Shown here: one piece after another, positions 19,142-28,484 of the stretch
Layout of the letters: each line of letters opens with the position of its first letter
Position numbering within the stretch: position 1 is the stretch's first letter
IMG/VR virus record: IMGVR_UViG_3300031951_000061
Strand: one strand, 5' to 3'
Length of the DNA stretch: 37,592 nucleotides
Source: an uncultured virus (IMG/VR IMGVR_UViG_3300031951_000061)
Lineage: Duplodnaviria > Heunggongvirae > Uroviricota > Caudoviricetes
Notes under the pieces: generated by a model
Databases searched by the model: none
Told to the model about the DNA's origin: nothing
Seen by the model: only the letters and a program-made list of their open reading frames with translations
Position numbers and translations under genes: made by a program

Positions 19142-21589
19142 TTATGCTTCAATATAAGTCTTGCTTACTTTAACAACAGTATCTGCTGTAGTTCCAGTAA
19201 CCTGTAGAAGAACATTTCCTCCGCTGTATACAGCATTGGTTGTTCCAAGAACAGCGTTGCTAATTACATCAGCATATTCTGTTAAGTAAACATTGTTTGA
19301 TCCATCAACTGTAACAAGTACTTCAATTACTTCAATATCTGATCCTTTTTTCATTTGGACGATATATTTAGCGCTTGAGTATGTTGCTACTGCCCAAGAA
19401 TCAATTGTTGTTGCTGAGTCTGAAGCAGTTGCTGCAGCAGTTCCAAGCAAAGCATCTGTAAGTGTTACAGATCCAACAGTTACACCGCTAAATGTTGGTG
19501 TTGCGGTTGAATGAATGTTTTGTGGTAGTGATAGTGTTACTGAGCCAGTAGAACCAGATACTGATACTTGATTAGAAGTTCCAGTAAGTTCTGTTACACC
19601 ACTGTTAGAAATTGCACCAGATGTATCGTTATATGATAAACCAGTTCCTACAGCATTACCAACTGCATCTTGTGCTCTTTCATCAGTGAAGTACTTATTT
19701 GTAGATCCTTCAGAGATATCATCAGTTCCAAGTGTACGGCTTCCACCAAGTGATGTTGATGTTCCGTTAATTGTAATTGCTGAGTTTGACAAAGCATTGT
19801 TTGGAATGTTTGTAAGTGTGTTTGTTGAACCACTGATTGACTTGTTTGTAAGTGTCTGAGCGGTATTTAGATCAACTGTAACTCCTGTATTAATAGTAAA
19901 TGTGTTACCAGTTAGAGTTAATCCATTACCTGCAAGATATGTACCAGCACCTGAGAACTGTGTAAATACGATTGGATCTGTTCCAATTGTTGCTGGACGA
20001 TTTGTTTGTACCCATCCAGTGCTAGCATTTACTGTTCCTGAGTATACGAATACGAAGTCACCAGAGTCAACTTCTGTTGCTGTATCAAAGTCAGTTGCAC
20101 GAGTTGGTTGACCTGAAGCCTGTACTACGTAAATACCGTTTTCAGATGTCGTTGTCTGATTCTTAACAAGAATACGGTTGCCAGTAGCAAGAGTAATTCC
20201 GTCAAGAGTATCGCCATTTTCAAGAGCGTTTGCAAGATTTACGTTTGCAGTTGTTGCTGCAACTACAGACTCATGAATATGTAGACCTTCTGTTGCTGAG
20301 TCTACATAAGCCTTTGTTGCTGCATCTGTTGAGTTTGTTGGTGCTCCAAGACCTGTAATCTTGTAAGTAGCCATTGCAACATCGCCAGTTGGTGCTCCAA
20401 CAGCATTTAGTGCAAACTCTGCAGGGTCTACAGAAATTGCTCCTGAAGAATCATCATAGTCAAGACCATTACCAACATTATTACCAATAGCATCTTGTGC
20501 TCTTTCGTCTGTGAAATACTTATTGGTTGAGCCTTCTGCAATATCATCAGATCCTAGTGTGCGTGATCCGCCAAGAGAAGTTGATGTACCATTAATAGTA
20601 ATTGCAGAGTTTGTAAGTTTATCATTAGCAATTGATCCTGCAAGCATTGTATTTGTTACGCTTCCAGTATCTCCTGTAGTTACTACAGTACCTGTTACAT
20701 CTGGAAATGTAATTGTACGATCTGCTGTAGGGTCTGTAAACTGTACAGTAGTTTCGTTATCGTTTGCTGTTGTACCCTCTACAACAAATGATCCATCTGA
20801 AAGATATAGACCAGATACTGTAGGTGAGGTTAATGTTTTGTTTGTCAGAGTCTGAGTTCCAGATTCAGTTACATATCCTGAAAGTGATGGAATATCAGAT
20901 GTTAACGCTACAGTTCCACTTGCATCTGGAAGTGTAATTGTTCTATCATCTGTTGGGTTAGTTACTGTAAGTGTAGTTTCACTTGAATCTGCAGATGAAC
21001 CTTCAAATACAATTGAAGAGTCTGTTAGGTTTAAACCTGAAACACTTGGTGATGTAAGAGTCTTATTTGTAAGAGTCTCAGTACCAGCGATTGTTGCAAA
21101 GTCTGCATCTGTTAATGCTGAATTAAACTCTGCAAGTGTTCCTGTTACAGTGTTTGAACCAAGTGCAATTGATTTGTTAGAAAATGTATTTGTTGATGAT
21201 GCTGAAACTGTAATGTCACTTGTAAGTGCTACTGTTCCGCTTGCATCAGGAAATGTGATTGTTCTGTCTGCAGTTGGATTAGTTACTTGTAGTGTTGTTT
21301 CGTTATCATCTGCTGAAGAACCTTCAAATGTAATGCTTGATTCAAATGTTCCTACTGCTGGTGCTGCAGCCCACTCAATTCCGTTTGTGGCTGAGGAATT
21401 TGCAGTGAGAATATATCCGTTTGTGCCCGCTGCAAGGCGAGTTACGGTATCTGCTGCTGAAGCAACTAGTAAATCACCTTTTGCGTCTACTAATGCTTCT
21501 GTTAATATATCGTGGCCGTTTACAGTTGCGGTTGATCCCTCAACTACCAGCCCCGCTTTTACTCTAAAGTCTTTTGTTACGGTTGCCAT
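19142..21589 (-). CDS. long repeat-containing fibre protein
   Basis: 815 aa Thr/Ser/Gly-rich; repeats FEGSSADxxETTLxVTNPTADRTITFPD, TLTNKTLTSP and EGSTNKYFTDERAQDA. Confidence 0.8.
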   Translation of the reverse strand: MATVTKDFRVKAGLVVEGSTATVNGHDILTEALVDAKGDLLVASAADTVTRLAAGTNGYILTANSSATNGIEWAAAPAVGTFESSITFEGSSADDNETTLQVTNPTADRTITFPDASGTVALTSDITVSASSTNTFSNKSIALGSNTVTGTLAEFNSALTDADFATIAGTETLTNKTLTSPSVSGLNLTDSSIVFEGSSADSSETTLTVTNPTDDRTITLPDASGTVALTSDIPSLSGYVTESGTQTLTNKTLTSPTVSGLYLSDGSFVVEGTTANDNETTVQFTDPTADRTITFPDVTGTVVTTGDTGSVTNTMLAGSIANDKLTNSAITINGTSTSLGGSRTLGSDDIAEGSTNKYFTDERAQDAIGNNVGNGLDYDDSSGAISVDPAEFALNAVGAPTGDVAMATYKITGLGAPTNSTDAATKAYVDSATEGLHIHESVVAATTANVNLANALENGDTLDGITLATGNRILVKNQTTTSENGIYVVQASGQPTRATDFDTATEVDSGDFVFVYSGTVNASTGWVQTNRPATIGTDPIVFTQFSGAGTYLAGNGLTLTGNTFTINTGVTVDLNTAQTLTNKSISGSTNTLTNIPNNALSNSAITINGTSTSLGGSRTLGTDDISEGSTNKYFTDERAQDAVGNAVGTGLSYNDTSGAISNSGVTELTGTSNQVSVSGSTGSVTLSLPQNIHSTATPTFSGVTVGSVTLTDALLGTAAATASDSATTIDSWAVATYSSAKYIVQMKKGSDIEVIEVLVTVDGSNNVYLTEYADVISNAVLGTTNAVYSGGNVLLQVTGTTADTVVKVSKTYIEA

Positions 21590-21604
21590 CTTTTATCTCC
21601 TTGG

Positions 21605-22051
21605 TTAGGCCTTTAATCCCATACGCATATAGCGTAGAGTTATCGGTGTACTTCCCCCTACTGGAACAACAGTTAGTGAAACTGTATCTCCAGCCCTTGA
21701 AACAGAGATGGTGCCAATATTCCCATCGTTGTCAATTGTTGCATACTGAGTGACATTAACATTTGTTCCGTCAATCAGAATACTCATTTCTGTAGAGTAG
21801 TACTTATTTGCACCACCTGCTACATATTTAATGGAAATCATATATTTCATTGATCGCCATTCACTTGCGGAAAAGTTATCAAAAATTGTTGAGTTTTCAA
21901 TACCATTAATGGTTAACTCATTGTTGCCATCTGAACCAAGATCTGTAGACCTAGCAGAAGCACTATCAATTAAATCTATGTAGTCTTCTTGTGTTGGCCT
22001 ATCGCCAGTTTCAAACTTGGTTTTAACGCTTGGAATTGATATCTTTGCCAT
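21605..22051 (-). CDS. virion structural protein, paralogous to the C-terminal domain of 19142..21589
   Basis: KFETGDRPTQEDYIDLIDS N-terminus; IFDNF...RSMKYMISIK...EMSILIDG..V..TQYATI aligns with IDSW...SSAKYIVQMK...EVLVTVDG..V..TEYADV; leaderless. Confidence 0.65.
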   Translation of the reverse strand: MAKISIPSVKTKFETGDRPTQEDYIDLIDSASARSTDLGSDGNNELTINGIENSTIFDNFSASEWRSMKYMISIKYVAGGANKYYSTEMSILIDGTNVNVTQYATIDNDGNIGTISVSRAGDTVSLTVVPVGGSTPITLRYMRMGLKA

Positions 22052-22073
22052 ACCGCAATTATATCATTATATG

Positions 22074-22295
22074 TTAAAGTATATAGTTATTAATTCCAAT
22101 AATTTGAAGTCCGATACCAGGGATATTTGCATATGCTGGACCAATTCCAATGGTTGTAAATTTAACCCTAAATGGCAAAACTTCATTAATTTTTACTGCT
22201 CTTGCTTTATAAATGATTTTAGATATTGGATAATTAACAGGACTTATTTTTTTTGCTTTATGGCTGTCCGTATCAATTATGATAGCGGAGGCCAT
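22074..22295 (-). CDS. hypothetical small virion-module protein
   Basis: 73 aa, coupled (TAATG) to 22295..22705, GIGLQIIG C-terminus. Confidence 0.6.
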   Translation of the reverse strand: MASAIIIDTDSHKAKKISPVNYPISKIIYKARAVKINEVLPFRVKFTTIGIGPAYANIPGIGLQIIGINNYIL

Positions 22296-22705
22296 TATGA
22301 CTCACTGTTTGTTACGTCTTCAATAACTTTCATGGTTCCTCTGGCTACCGTCCAAACTCTACTTTCATCGCTTAACTCAATATCAAAAATATCACCAGTT
22401 TCTAATAGCACAGATTCATTTGCTGTAAGAGAAACTGTAAACTCTCCAGCGTTATCTAATTCTGTTTGAACTGGTTCAAGTTCAACAATTAATTCTGCAT
22501 CATCTGTAAAATCACCAGGTTTTGTATTTGGACGTTTAATTTCCATTGCAATTGTCCAATCAGGAATGCTTAAAGGATCTTTATTATCATCTGTTACATA
22601 AACACGAAATGAAGCAGTATCACCACGAACAACTGTCCATAATACATCTGGTGGCGTTAAACCAACGGAATAAGAACTTGCACCCTGACCTCTAAATGTT
22701 GCCAT
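22295..22705 (-). CDS. Ig-like/BppU-N-like virion protein (paralog 1)
   Basis: WTVVRGDTASF...FDIEL...GTMKVIEDVT. Confidence 0.6.
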   Translation of the reverse strand: MATFRGQGASSYSVGLTPPDVLWTVVRGDTASFRVYVTDDNKDPLSIPDWTIAMEIKRPNTKPGDFTDDAELIVELEPVQTELDNAGEFTVSLTANESVLLETGDIFDIELSDESRVWTVARGTMKVIEDVTNSES

Positions 22706-22769
22706 AACTAAATCATTATACCATTAACTAATAACAATATTATAAATATTTTTTATTTTTGTGAGGGTA

Positions 22770-22800
22770 TTTGACTAAAAAGGTCAAACAATGGTATAAT
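22770..22800 (+). promoter_or_regulatory. housekeeping-sigma promoter with an overlapping palindromic operator candidate
   Basis: TTGACT-18-TATAAT with TG extension; TTTGAC-N7-GTCAAA (22770-22788) covers the -35. Confidence 0.7.
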
Positions 22801-22806
22801 TAATAT

Positions 22807-22854
22807 ATGCTACCAACAGGTAGCATTTGTTCTCTAGGAGGTACTTTACAATGA
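22807..22854 (+). CDS. candidate leaderless 15-aa uORF (MLPTGSICSLGGTLQ) containing a 5' hairpin
   Basis: ATG 6 nt after TATAAT; its TGA overlaps the downstream ATG (ATGA); ATGCTACC-AACA-GGTAGCAT stem. Confidence 0.35.
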   Translation: MLPTGSICSLGGTLQ

Positions 22855-23399
22855 GAGAAGCAAATGTTTGGCTAGGGGTATTAATATTGGTAATTTGCGG
22901 TACCGTTTTTTCTGCATCTGCCAAGGCATCTAATGATAATAATTTATTGATTAAAAGTGATACAGAGGCAGTTGCCACCCAAGAGGTGGCTTTTCTGGTT
23001 TCTAAGGATAAAATATTACAAAAATATGAAAATGCTCATAAATTAACCGATATTCAGTTAGTTGACCTATTAAAGGCTATAGGGTTTAAAGGTGATAAAT
23101 TAAGAACGGCATGTGCAATTGCAAAGGCTGAATCTAACGGAAGGCCTTTTGCCTTTAATGGTAACTCAGAGACTGGAGATAGTTCTTATGGAGTATTTCA
23201 AATAAATATGATAGGAGAACTTGGTCCTAATCGTAGAGAAAAGTTTAATCTTGAATCTAATGTTGAATTGTTTAATCCAGTAGTTAATTCAAAAATTGCT
23301 TTTCATATGACAAAAGGCGGAAAAGATTGGTCGTCTTGGAGTTCTGTGAATGGTCCAAGGTATTTAGATTGGTATAATAAATATCCTTGTAAAATATAA
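22851..23399 (+). CDS. secreted lysozyme-like/lytic transglycosylase (SLT-like) protein
   Basis: GGAGGT SD before ATG 22851; signal peptide ending AKA; AIAKAESNG (catalytic Glu), SYGVFQIN, LFNPVVN, DWSSWS. Confidence 0.85.
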   Translation: MREANVWLGVLILVICGTVFSASAKASNDNNLLIKSDTEAVATQEVAFLVSKDKILQKYENAHKLTDIQLVDLLKAIGFKGDKLRTACAIAKAESNGRPFAFNGNSETGDSSYGVFQINMIGELGPNRREKFNLESNVELFNPVVNSKIAFHMTKGGKDWSSWSSVNGPRYLDWYNKYPCKI

Positions 23400-23403
23400 A
23401 ATT

Positions 23404-24090
23404 TTATGTGTATTCTTTTTTTCCCCAAAACATAGTTTTATACCGATCAAAAAACCTTGTTTGTAACTTTGATGAAACCTTGTCTTGCGCCTCATAGTCT
23501 TTGTTATTACCTATTGCCATTGACCATTTGTCACGTTTTATTGGTATTACTTGTGCAATTGGAGTTCCTTGGCTTATAAGCCCCTCAAAATTTGGATCAT
23601 TTAATACAAATGGAAAGTTTACTGGAGCAGTGTACATATCAGTATCCACAATACCTGGCAAAATAGTAAAAATAGAATCTCTATGAAATGGCTGCACAAA
23701 TAATGTTGAGTACCCTTTTGGAGTTTTAATTGACCACGGATTATTAAATTTTGGATATTGATATGGTTTAGCCATTGGATGCTGCGGTGCTTGCTCTATT
23801 GGATGAAAATCTATTAAATTACAGGCAGACCATTGAAAAAATTGATATTTTTGTCCATCTGGCCCATCTTTTAAAGTTACCATTACATCTGCTGGACATG
23901 TAATTATATATCCGCTAGTTAAAGAATCAAGTACTGGAATACAACGCTTAATTGTTCTCATTCCTAAATTTTTTTCTGTATGACTTTCTATGTATGGCCT
24001 TGTATTTTTATACCATTCTGGAATAAATTTGCTGGCAGGTTTTGGCTGCTCTATGTTAACTGGTATTGTGTTTGTAAATAATATTTCCAT
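23404..24090 (-). CDS. DUF6065-like (dUTPase-fold-like) protein, paralog 1
   Basis: PEWYK, KRCIPVLDSLTSGY, PWSIKTPKGYS, PGIVDTD, GTPIAQVIP. Confidence 0.6.
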   Translation of the reverse strand: MEILFTNTIPVNIEQPKPASKFIPEWYKNTRPYIESHTEKNLGMRTIKRCIPVLDSLTSGYIITCPADVMVTLKDGPDGQKYQFFQWSACNLIDFHPIEQAPQHPMAKPYQYPKFNNPWSIKTPKGYSTLFVQPFHRDSIFTILPGIVDTDMYTAPVNFPFVLNDPNFEGLISQGTPIAQVIPIKRDKWSMAIGNNKDYEAQDKVSSKLQTRFFDRYKTMFWGKKEYT

Positions 24091-24121
24091 TTTTTATCCC
24101 ACCTTTTATTATGTATAGTAT

Positions 24122-24385
24122 TTAGTCTAGTGGTATGTTTTTTGGTACTTCATGTACCCAACAGTTAGTTTCAACATTCCATTCATATTCAAATCTATCG
24201 TCTATTGGACGTGGTGATTTCCAAACTCCATCAAAATTTTCCCATCCAACACCTATAATTCCATTATCTTCAATAATTGTTTTTCCTGGATAAAATTCTT
24301 CAACAATTGATTTTGAATCAGCAACTATGCTGTTTATTACAAGGTTATTTTCAATAATTAGCCAATTAGTTTCCACAGTAGACAT
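24122..24385 (-). CDS. small fibre-associated protein
   Basis: IIENNLVINSIVAD...GVGW...W..P.P...Y.W.....W pattern typical of genes following Gly-rich fibres; overlaps the upstream gene. Confidence 0.6.
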   Translation of the reverse strand: MSTVETNWLIIENNLVINSIVADSKSIVEEFYPGKTIIEDNGIIGVGWENFDGVWKSPRPIDDRFEYEWNVETNCWVHEVPKNIPLD

Positions 24386-25442
24386 AAATTACTCCAGATG
24401 CTCCTGCTCCACCATATGTTGGCTCTTGATTATTGTTAAAATAGGCCTTGAGGCCACCACCGCCACCGCCTTGACCATATGAAGATGCGTTGCCACCGTT
24501 TTCAGTTTCTCCGCCACCATAGCCTGCACCTAAATTACTATTATATCGGGGAGCACCTCCCCCGCCACCGCCATTTGCACCACTAACTGATATTGATCCT
24601 AAATCTGTAAGATTTTGAGAAATTGAAATTGGTGAATTGTTTACGCTACCTGCACTTCTACCGTCAGTAGGAGTTGATCCATCAAAATATCTTGCAGTAT
24701 AGGTTCCGCCATTAGAACCTGCTGATCCTCCAGATGAATTTGCAGTTGAGAGAGGAGATGCATTTCCACTAACGCTATTTCCACCAACTGAAAGAAGGTT
24801 TCCAAAATTTGTTGTTCCGCCACTACTAGCAGTATTTCCGCCTGATCCAATTTGTACTGAATATGTTTGTCCGCCAGAAACTGCAAAGTCTTTAAATCCA
24901 GAAATAGCAGAACTTGCTCCTCCGCTGCCTGCTGCAGTGTAGTGCGTATTTATTTCATAGTTATTATTTGGACCTTGATTTGAACGATTATTAGCGCCAT
25001 TATTTCCACCAGAGCCACCACCTAGTGCAAAAACTGCTAACTTTGTACATCCTGCTGGAACTGTAAATGTTCCTGATGACGTAAATGTTTGATAAAGAAC
25101 ATAAGTTGCATCAAGTTGTAAAAGAGAAGTTATTTGAGAGGCAAGGCCAGTTCCAGTTGAAGCGGTTCCAGTTACAGTAAAATTATAAGATCCACTAGGA
25201 ATACCCATTTGCGGATAAGTAATTGGGCTTGTATTGCCAGTTGCAGTGTATGATCCTGGGCTAGATGTAACAGTATAAGATGTTGCCGTTACACCTGTAT
25301 TTGATGGTGTAAAACTTATAACAGGACGATCTTTTACTTCATTGGTTGCAGTACCAATAGCGGGAGCCTCTGGTGGTGTAACTAAGGCTTTTCCGTTACG
25401 TAACTTTCTAATGGTTCCGCTTTTAAGGCTTCTTAAACTCAT
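24366..25442 (-). CDS. Fn3 plus glycine-rich domain fibre/receptor-binding protein
   Basis: PEAPAIGTAT...SYTVTSSPG...YNFTVTG (Fn3-like); FTSSGTFTVPAG...LGGGSGG...GAGASGVIYV (Gly-rich domain). Confidence 0.75.
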   Translation of the reverse strand: MSLRSLKSGTIRKLRNGKALVTPPEAPAIGTATNEVKDRPVISFTPSNTGVTATSYTVTSSPGSYTATGNTSPITYPQMGIPSGSYNFTVTGTASTGTGLASQITSLLQLDATYVLYQTFTSSGTFTVPAGCTKLAVFALGGGSGGNNGANNRSNQGPNNNYEINTHYTAAGSGGASSAISGFKDFAVSGGQTYSVQIGSGGNTASSGGTTNFGNLLSVGGNSVSGNASPLSTANSSGGSAGSNGGTYTARYFDGSTPTDGRSAGSVNNSPISISQNLTDLGSISVSGANGGGGGGAPRYNSNLGAGYGGGETENGGNASSYGQGGGGGGLKAYFNNNQEPTYGGAGASGVIYVYCGN

Positions 25443-25771
25443 GCTGTGATCTCTGATCCAAAGGCATGGAATGAAAAGTTTGCAGTTGAAGCATATACAC
25501 TTATAACATCTGTTGCTGCAAGAGTTATACCTATTGTTAATGCTATAGTATCTAGTGCATCAATTGGTACATCATAAGCAATGTATTGTTTTTGCTCTAT
25601 TGATGCTCCTGCAGGTCTAACTGCAATTCTATATGCTGCTGCTGATCCGCCTTGATTTGCGACAGTTATTGTTGATACAACTGTTGAAGTTGCTGAAGGA
25701 ACTGTGTAAAGAGTAGTCAATGTTGTTGCTGCTGGTGCTGATTGTCCTAGTACTTTATAAGTTGTTGCCAT
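25439..25771 (-). CDS. small virion structural protein
   Basis: 110 aa; TLYTVPSAT..VVSTITVAN...GITLAATDVISVYAS...FGSEI beta-sandwich pattern. Confidence 0.65.
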   Translation of the reverse strand: MATTYKVLGQSAPAATTLTTLYTVPSATSTVVSTITVANQGGSAAAYRIAVRPAGASIEQKQYIAYDVPIDALDTIALTIGITLAATDVISVYASTANFSFHAFGSEITA

Positions 25772-25774
25772 TTA

Positions 25775-26203
25775 TTATCCTCCCATCAGTAAAAAAATAT
25801 CTGGCATTCCGCTTGCGTCTTGCCATGATGCAATTATACCATCTGTTTGTAGTACTTTTCCAGCCTTTCCAGTTTGACTTGGAATTAAAGTTTTCCACTC
25901 AGCACCGTCATAATATTGAATTTCGTTAACTGTTGTTCCGCTAGAATTCTGCCTTATTAAACATATTGTTCCAGCAACTGGGGATGTAATTGATGCATCT
26001 CTTGCTGCTGGATTAAGATAGTTGTTTATACCCTTTTTTCCAACAAGATGTTCTATAACAGTAAGTGTTGATAAATGAGTGTGTGGTCCAGCCCATTCAA
26101 AAGTTCCAGATGTATCTGTTTTTCCAGACAATTCATACCAAGTATCATCTGCTGCATTATAAATATACCCTGGTTTTCCATCGTAATTAAATGAAGTTGG
26201 CAT
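25775..26203 (-). CDS. fibre-related virion protein
   Basis: ARDASITSPVAG, YYDGAEW, PSQTGKAGKVLQTDG..SW; ends FLLMGG, like 16536..18422 (LMLIGA). Confidence 0.65.
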   Translation of the reverse strand: MPTSFNYDGKPGYIYNAADDTWYELSGKTDTSGTFEWAGPHTHLSTLTVIEHLVGKKGINNYLNPAARDASITSPVAGTICLIRQNSSGTTVNEIQYYDGAEWKTLIPSQTGKAGKVLQTDGIIASWQDASGMPDIFLLMGG

Positions 26204-26682
26204 TAAATCACCTGATCAAAACTACTAGTATCTCCATTATAAACATACATTTCTATAGGAGATGATCCCTTTTTAATCCAAATTACACCATTTGCTAAAC
26301 CAGTTGTTGGCTGTGTTGCTGTATAAAGAGATGTTGCTGATAAGTATCCAACTGGAGCAGATGCATCTTTATCTACCCAAATATAACCATTTGGTATTGT
26401 GGCAGAAAATGCTGAAAAATTTGCTGCTACTGGTGCAGAGTTTTGTGCTGAAGATATATTTCTTGCTGCTAATTCTAAAGCAACTTGGTCATCAATTTGT
26501 TCTTGTAGATCGTTAATTGTATGTGCCATTGATGGCACCAAAAGTTCTGCTGGATCATTTTCTGCCGTATCAAAGTCATACGATCCATAATGATATGCTC
26601 TTAATGCATCTTGAATATTAGCATCATCAACTAATGCTGGAATTTTAGTTGGTACTAAATTTCCTATATTTTCTACAGCCAT
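26203..26682 (-). CDS. virion-module hypothetical protein
   Basis: 159 aa; TKIPALVDDANIQDALRAYHYG, GYIWVD, MYVYNG; own promoter and GAGGTG SD. Confidence 0.65.
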   Translation of the reverse strand: MAVENIGNLVPTKIPALVDDANIQDALRAYHYGSYDFDTAENDPAELLVPSMAHTINDLQEQIDDQVALELAARNISSAQNSAPVAANFSAFSATIPNGYIWVDKDASAPVGYLSATSLYTATQPTTGLANGVIWIKKGSSPIEMYVYNGDTSSFDQVI

Positions 26683-26717
26683 TGGATCACCTCTTTAAAG
26701 ATTATACCATTTTTATA

Positions 26718-27293
26718 TCAAACTATAGATATAAATAAATGTACCGTTTTACTTCCAGTGAGTGCTGACCAACTACCTCCACTGTACTGAACTGCATCAA
26801 AATTTATTACTAGATTTGTTCCAGGGCCTGCTAAGGCAGGAATTTCCATAGAGGCTGCAATTGGATTTGCTCCTTCAATCTGAAATTGAACATTAAAGTT
26901 TGAAGCGGTAAGTGGTGAACCAGTTACGGTTACTATATTTGATATTGGAATAGTTATTGATGCAGATCCAGATGTAAATGAAATAGTTTCTATAGCGGAA
27001 TAAATTGCTGGACTTATGTTTAAAACTTCTACCCAAGTATTTCCTCCAGGTTGAGAGACATATTGATACATATATCCGTAGTCTGCTCCAGGATCGGTTT
27101 GTATATATATGTCATTTAATATTAATGTTGTTCCTAGTAACACTCCGCTAGATGTTTGTGCGTTTGGCTCTCCTGAACCAACAATAATTTTACTGCCACG
27201 AGTTCCTTGTGGACCAACATCTACTAAAACGTCAACTGAGTCTGGTGGTCCTAAAACAACAACATCTTCAGTATTAAGTAATACATCTACCAT
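26718..27293 (-). CDS. virion-module hypothetical protein
   Basis: 191 aa; VDVGPQGTRGS..GSGEP, DIYI; coupled to the upstream gene. Confidence 0.65.
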   Translation of the reverse strand: MVDVLLNTEDVVVLGPPDSVDVLVDVGPQGTRGSKIIVGSGEPNAQTSSGVLLGTTLILNDIYIQTDPGADYGYMYQYVSQPGGNTWVEVLNISPAIYSAIETISFTSGSASITIPISNIVTVTGSPLTASNFNVQFQIEGANPIAASMEIPALAGPGTNLVINFDAVQYSGGSWSALTGSKTVHLFISIV

Positions 27294-27643
27294 TATGACT
27301 CATCTGCTCCAGTAATATCATCTGTTACTGTAATAGTTCCAGTAAGTACTGTATAGATTTCAGATGCACTAGCGTCTATTTGAACGTCATAAACATAGGT
27401 TCCAGCAGCAAGATCTCTACCTACTCCAGGAAGAATTGTACAAGTAATTGTATCTGCAGAACCATCAACTACTGCTTGTGCTTCATACTGTGTTTGACCT
27501 TCACCTCTTGCAGTAGCAATAAAAAAATCTGCGCTAAAACCTGTTAAATCAAAGGCGTCACCGTTTGTTGTTTTTGGACGTACCACAAATTCAGCGGTGT
27601 CGCCACGGTAGTAATTAAAATTATAAGAACCTGGAAATGCCAT
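27293..27643 (-). CDS. Ig-like/BppU-N-like virion protein (paralog 2)
   Basis: YNFNYYRGDT, AFDLTGF, GTYVYDVQI, LTGTITVTDDIT. Confidence 0.65.
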   Translation of the reverse strand: MAFPGSYNFNYYRGDTAEFVVRPKTTNGDAFDLTGFSADFFIATARGEGQTQYEAQAVVDGSADTITCTILPGVGRDLAAGTYVYDVQIDASASEIYTVLTGTITVTDDITGADES

Positions 27644-27667
27644 TATTCCTCCTAGAACATTATACCA

Positions 27668-28387
27668 TTATGATACTGCAATATATATACCTTTTAAAAT
27701 AAAGGCTCCTTCGTTATCTGTTCTTATTTGAGGAGTGCCTCCATAATTTTTTATTTTATCGCTACTTATAAAAATGGCTTGAGAGTAAGATAAGTCATAT
27801 TGGTACTGATACTTTAACAATCCCACATATCCTGCAGGAGATAGCGCTTCATCCCGTAAAAGAGTCCTAATCCAAACTTCTGTATTGTTTGAGTATGTTT
27901 CTAAAAAAAAGTCATATCTAATTTCTATCTTTGCCCCTGCCTTAAGTGTCTTTAGATTAATGTTTTTTGCTATTCTATTTAATAAAGAAACTGATTTATT
28001 TGGAAGATATGTTTCAACTATTTGATCTTCATCTATATCTAAGAAAAAAGAAACCCATCCATCATCCCCTCTTTCTGGACCTACCTTATAGACTCCTGTA
28101 TTTTTTCCTTTATAATATGCCCATCCAGGATATTGTCCAGATGGGCTGTCATACCCCTCTGCCCCTTTTCCTGGATCACCCTTTTCACCTTTTGGCCCTT
28201 GGGGACCTTGAGGACCCTTTTCACCTCTATCACCTTTTAATCCTTGTAAACCTTGTGGGCCTTGTGAACCCCTTTCGCCCTTTTCTCCTTGAATTCCAGG
28301 AACAGCGATATACTCAATAGATTTAGCCTGCTCTATGGTTTCTGTATATTTTTTCTTTTTATTCGGAAAATCCATATTTGTAGCCAT
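27668..28387 (-). CDS. collagen triple-helix repeat protein
   Basis: About 14 consecutive G-X-Y triplets (GIQGEKGERGSQGPQ...GDPG), then a globular domain. Confidence 0.85.
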   Translation of the reverse strand: MATNMDFPNKKKKYTETIEQAKSIEYIAVPGIQGEKGERGSQGPQGLQGLKGDRGEKGPQGPQGPKGEKGDPGKGAEGYDSPSGQYPGWAYYKGKNTGVYKVGPERGDDGWVSFFLDIDEDQIVETYLPNKSVSLLNRIAKNINLKTLKAGAKIEIRYDFFLETYSNNTEVWIRTLLRDEALSPAGYVGLLKYQYQYDLSYSQAIFISSDKIKNYGGTPQIRTDNEGAFILKGIYIAVS

Positions 28388-28394
28388 ATGGTTT

Positions 28395-28484
28395 TTACTT
28401 TATTTTTGTCTTAAAAACCTTTTTTCCAATTTTGACAATTGGTGGAATATTTGCATTAGGTGTAGAAACTTTTACAACTGGCAT
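28395..28484 (-). CDS. 29-aa basic microprotein (MPVVKVSTPNANIPPIVKIGKKVFKTKIK)
   Basis: TAATG coupling to the upstream gene; fills the gap to the collagen gene. Confidence 0.55.
   Translation of the reverse strand: MPVVKVSTPNANIPPIVKIGKKVFKTKIK

Noticed and set aside
22827..22850. TTG start at 22827 for the lysozyme-like gene
   Set aside because: The GGAGGT SD and signal peptide favour ATG 22851.
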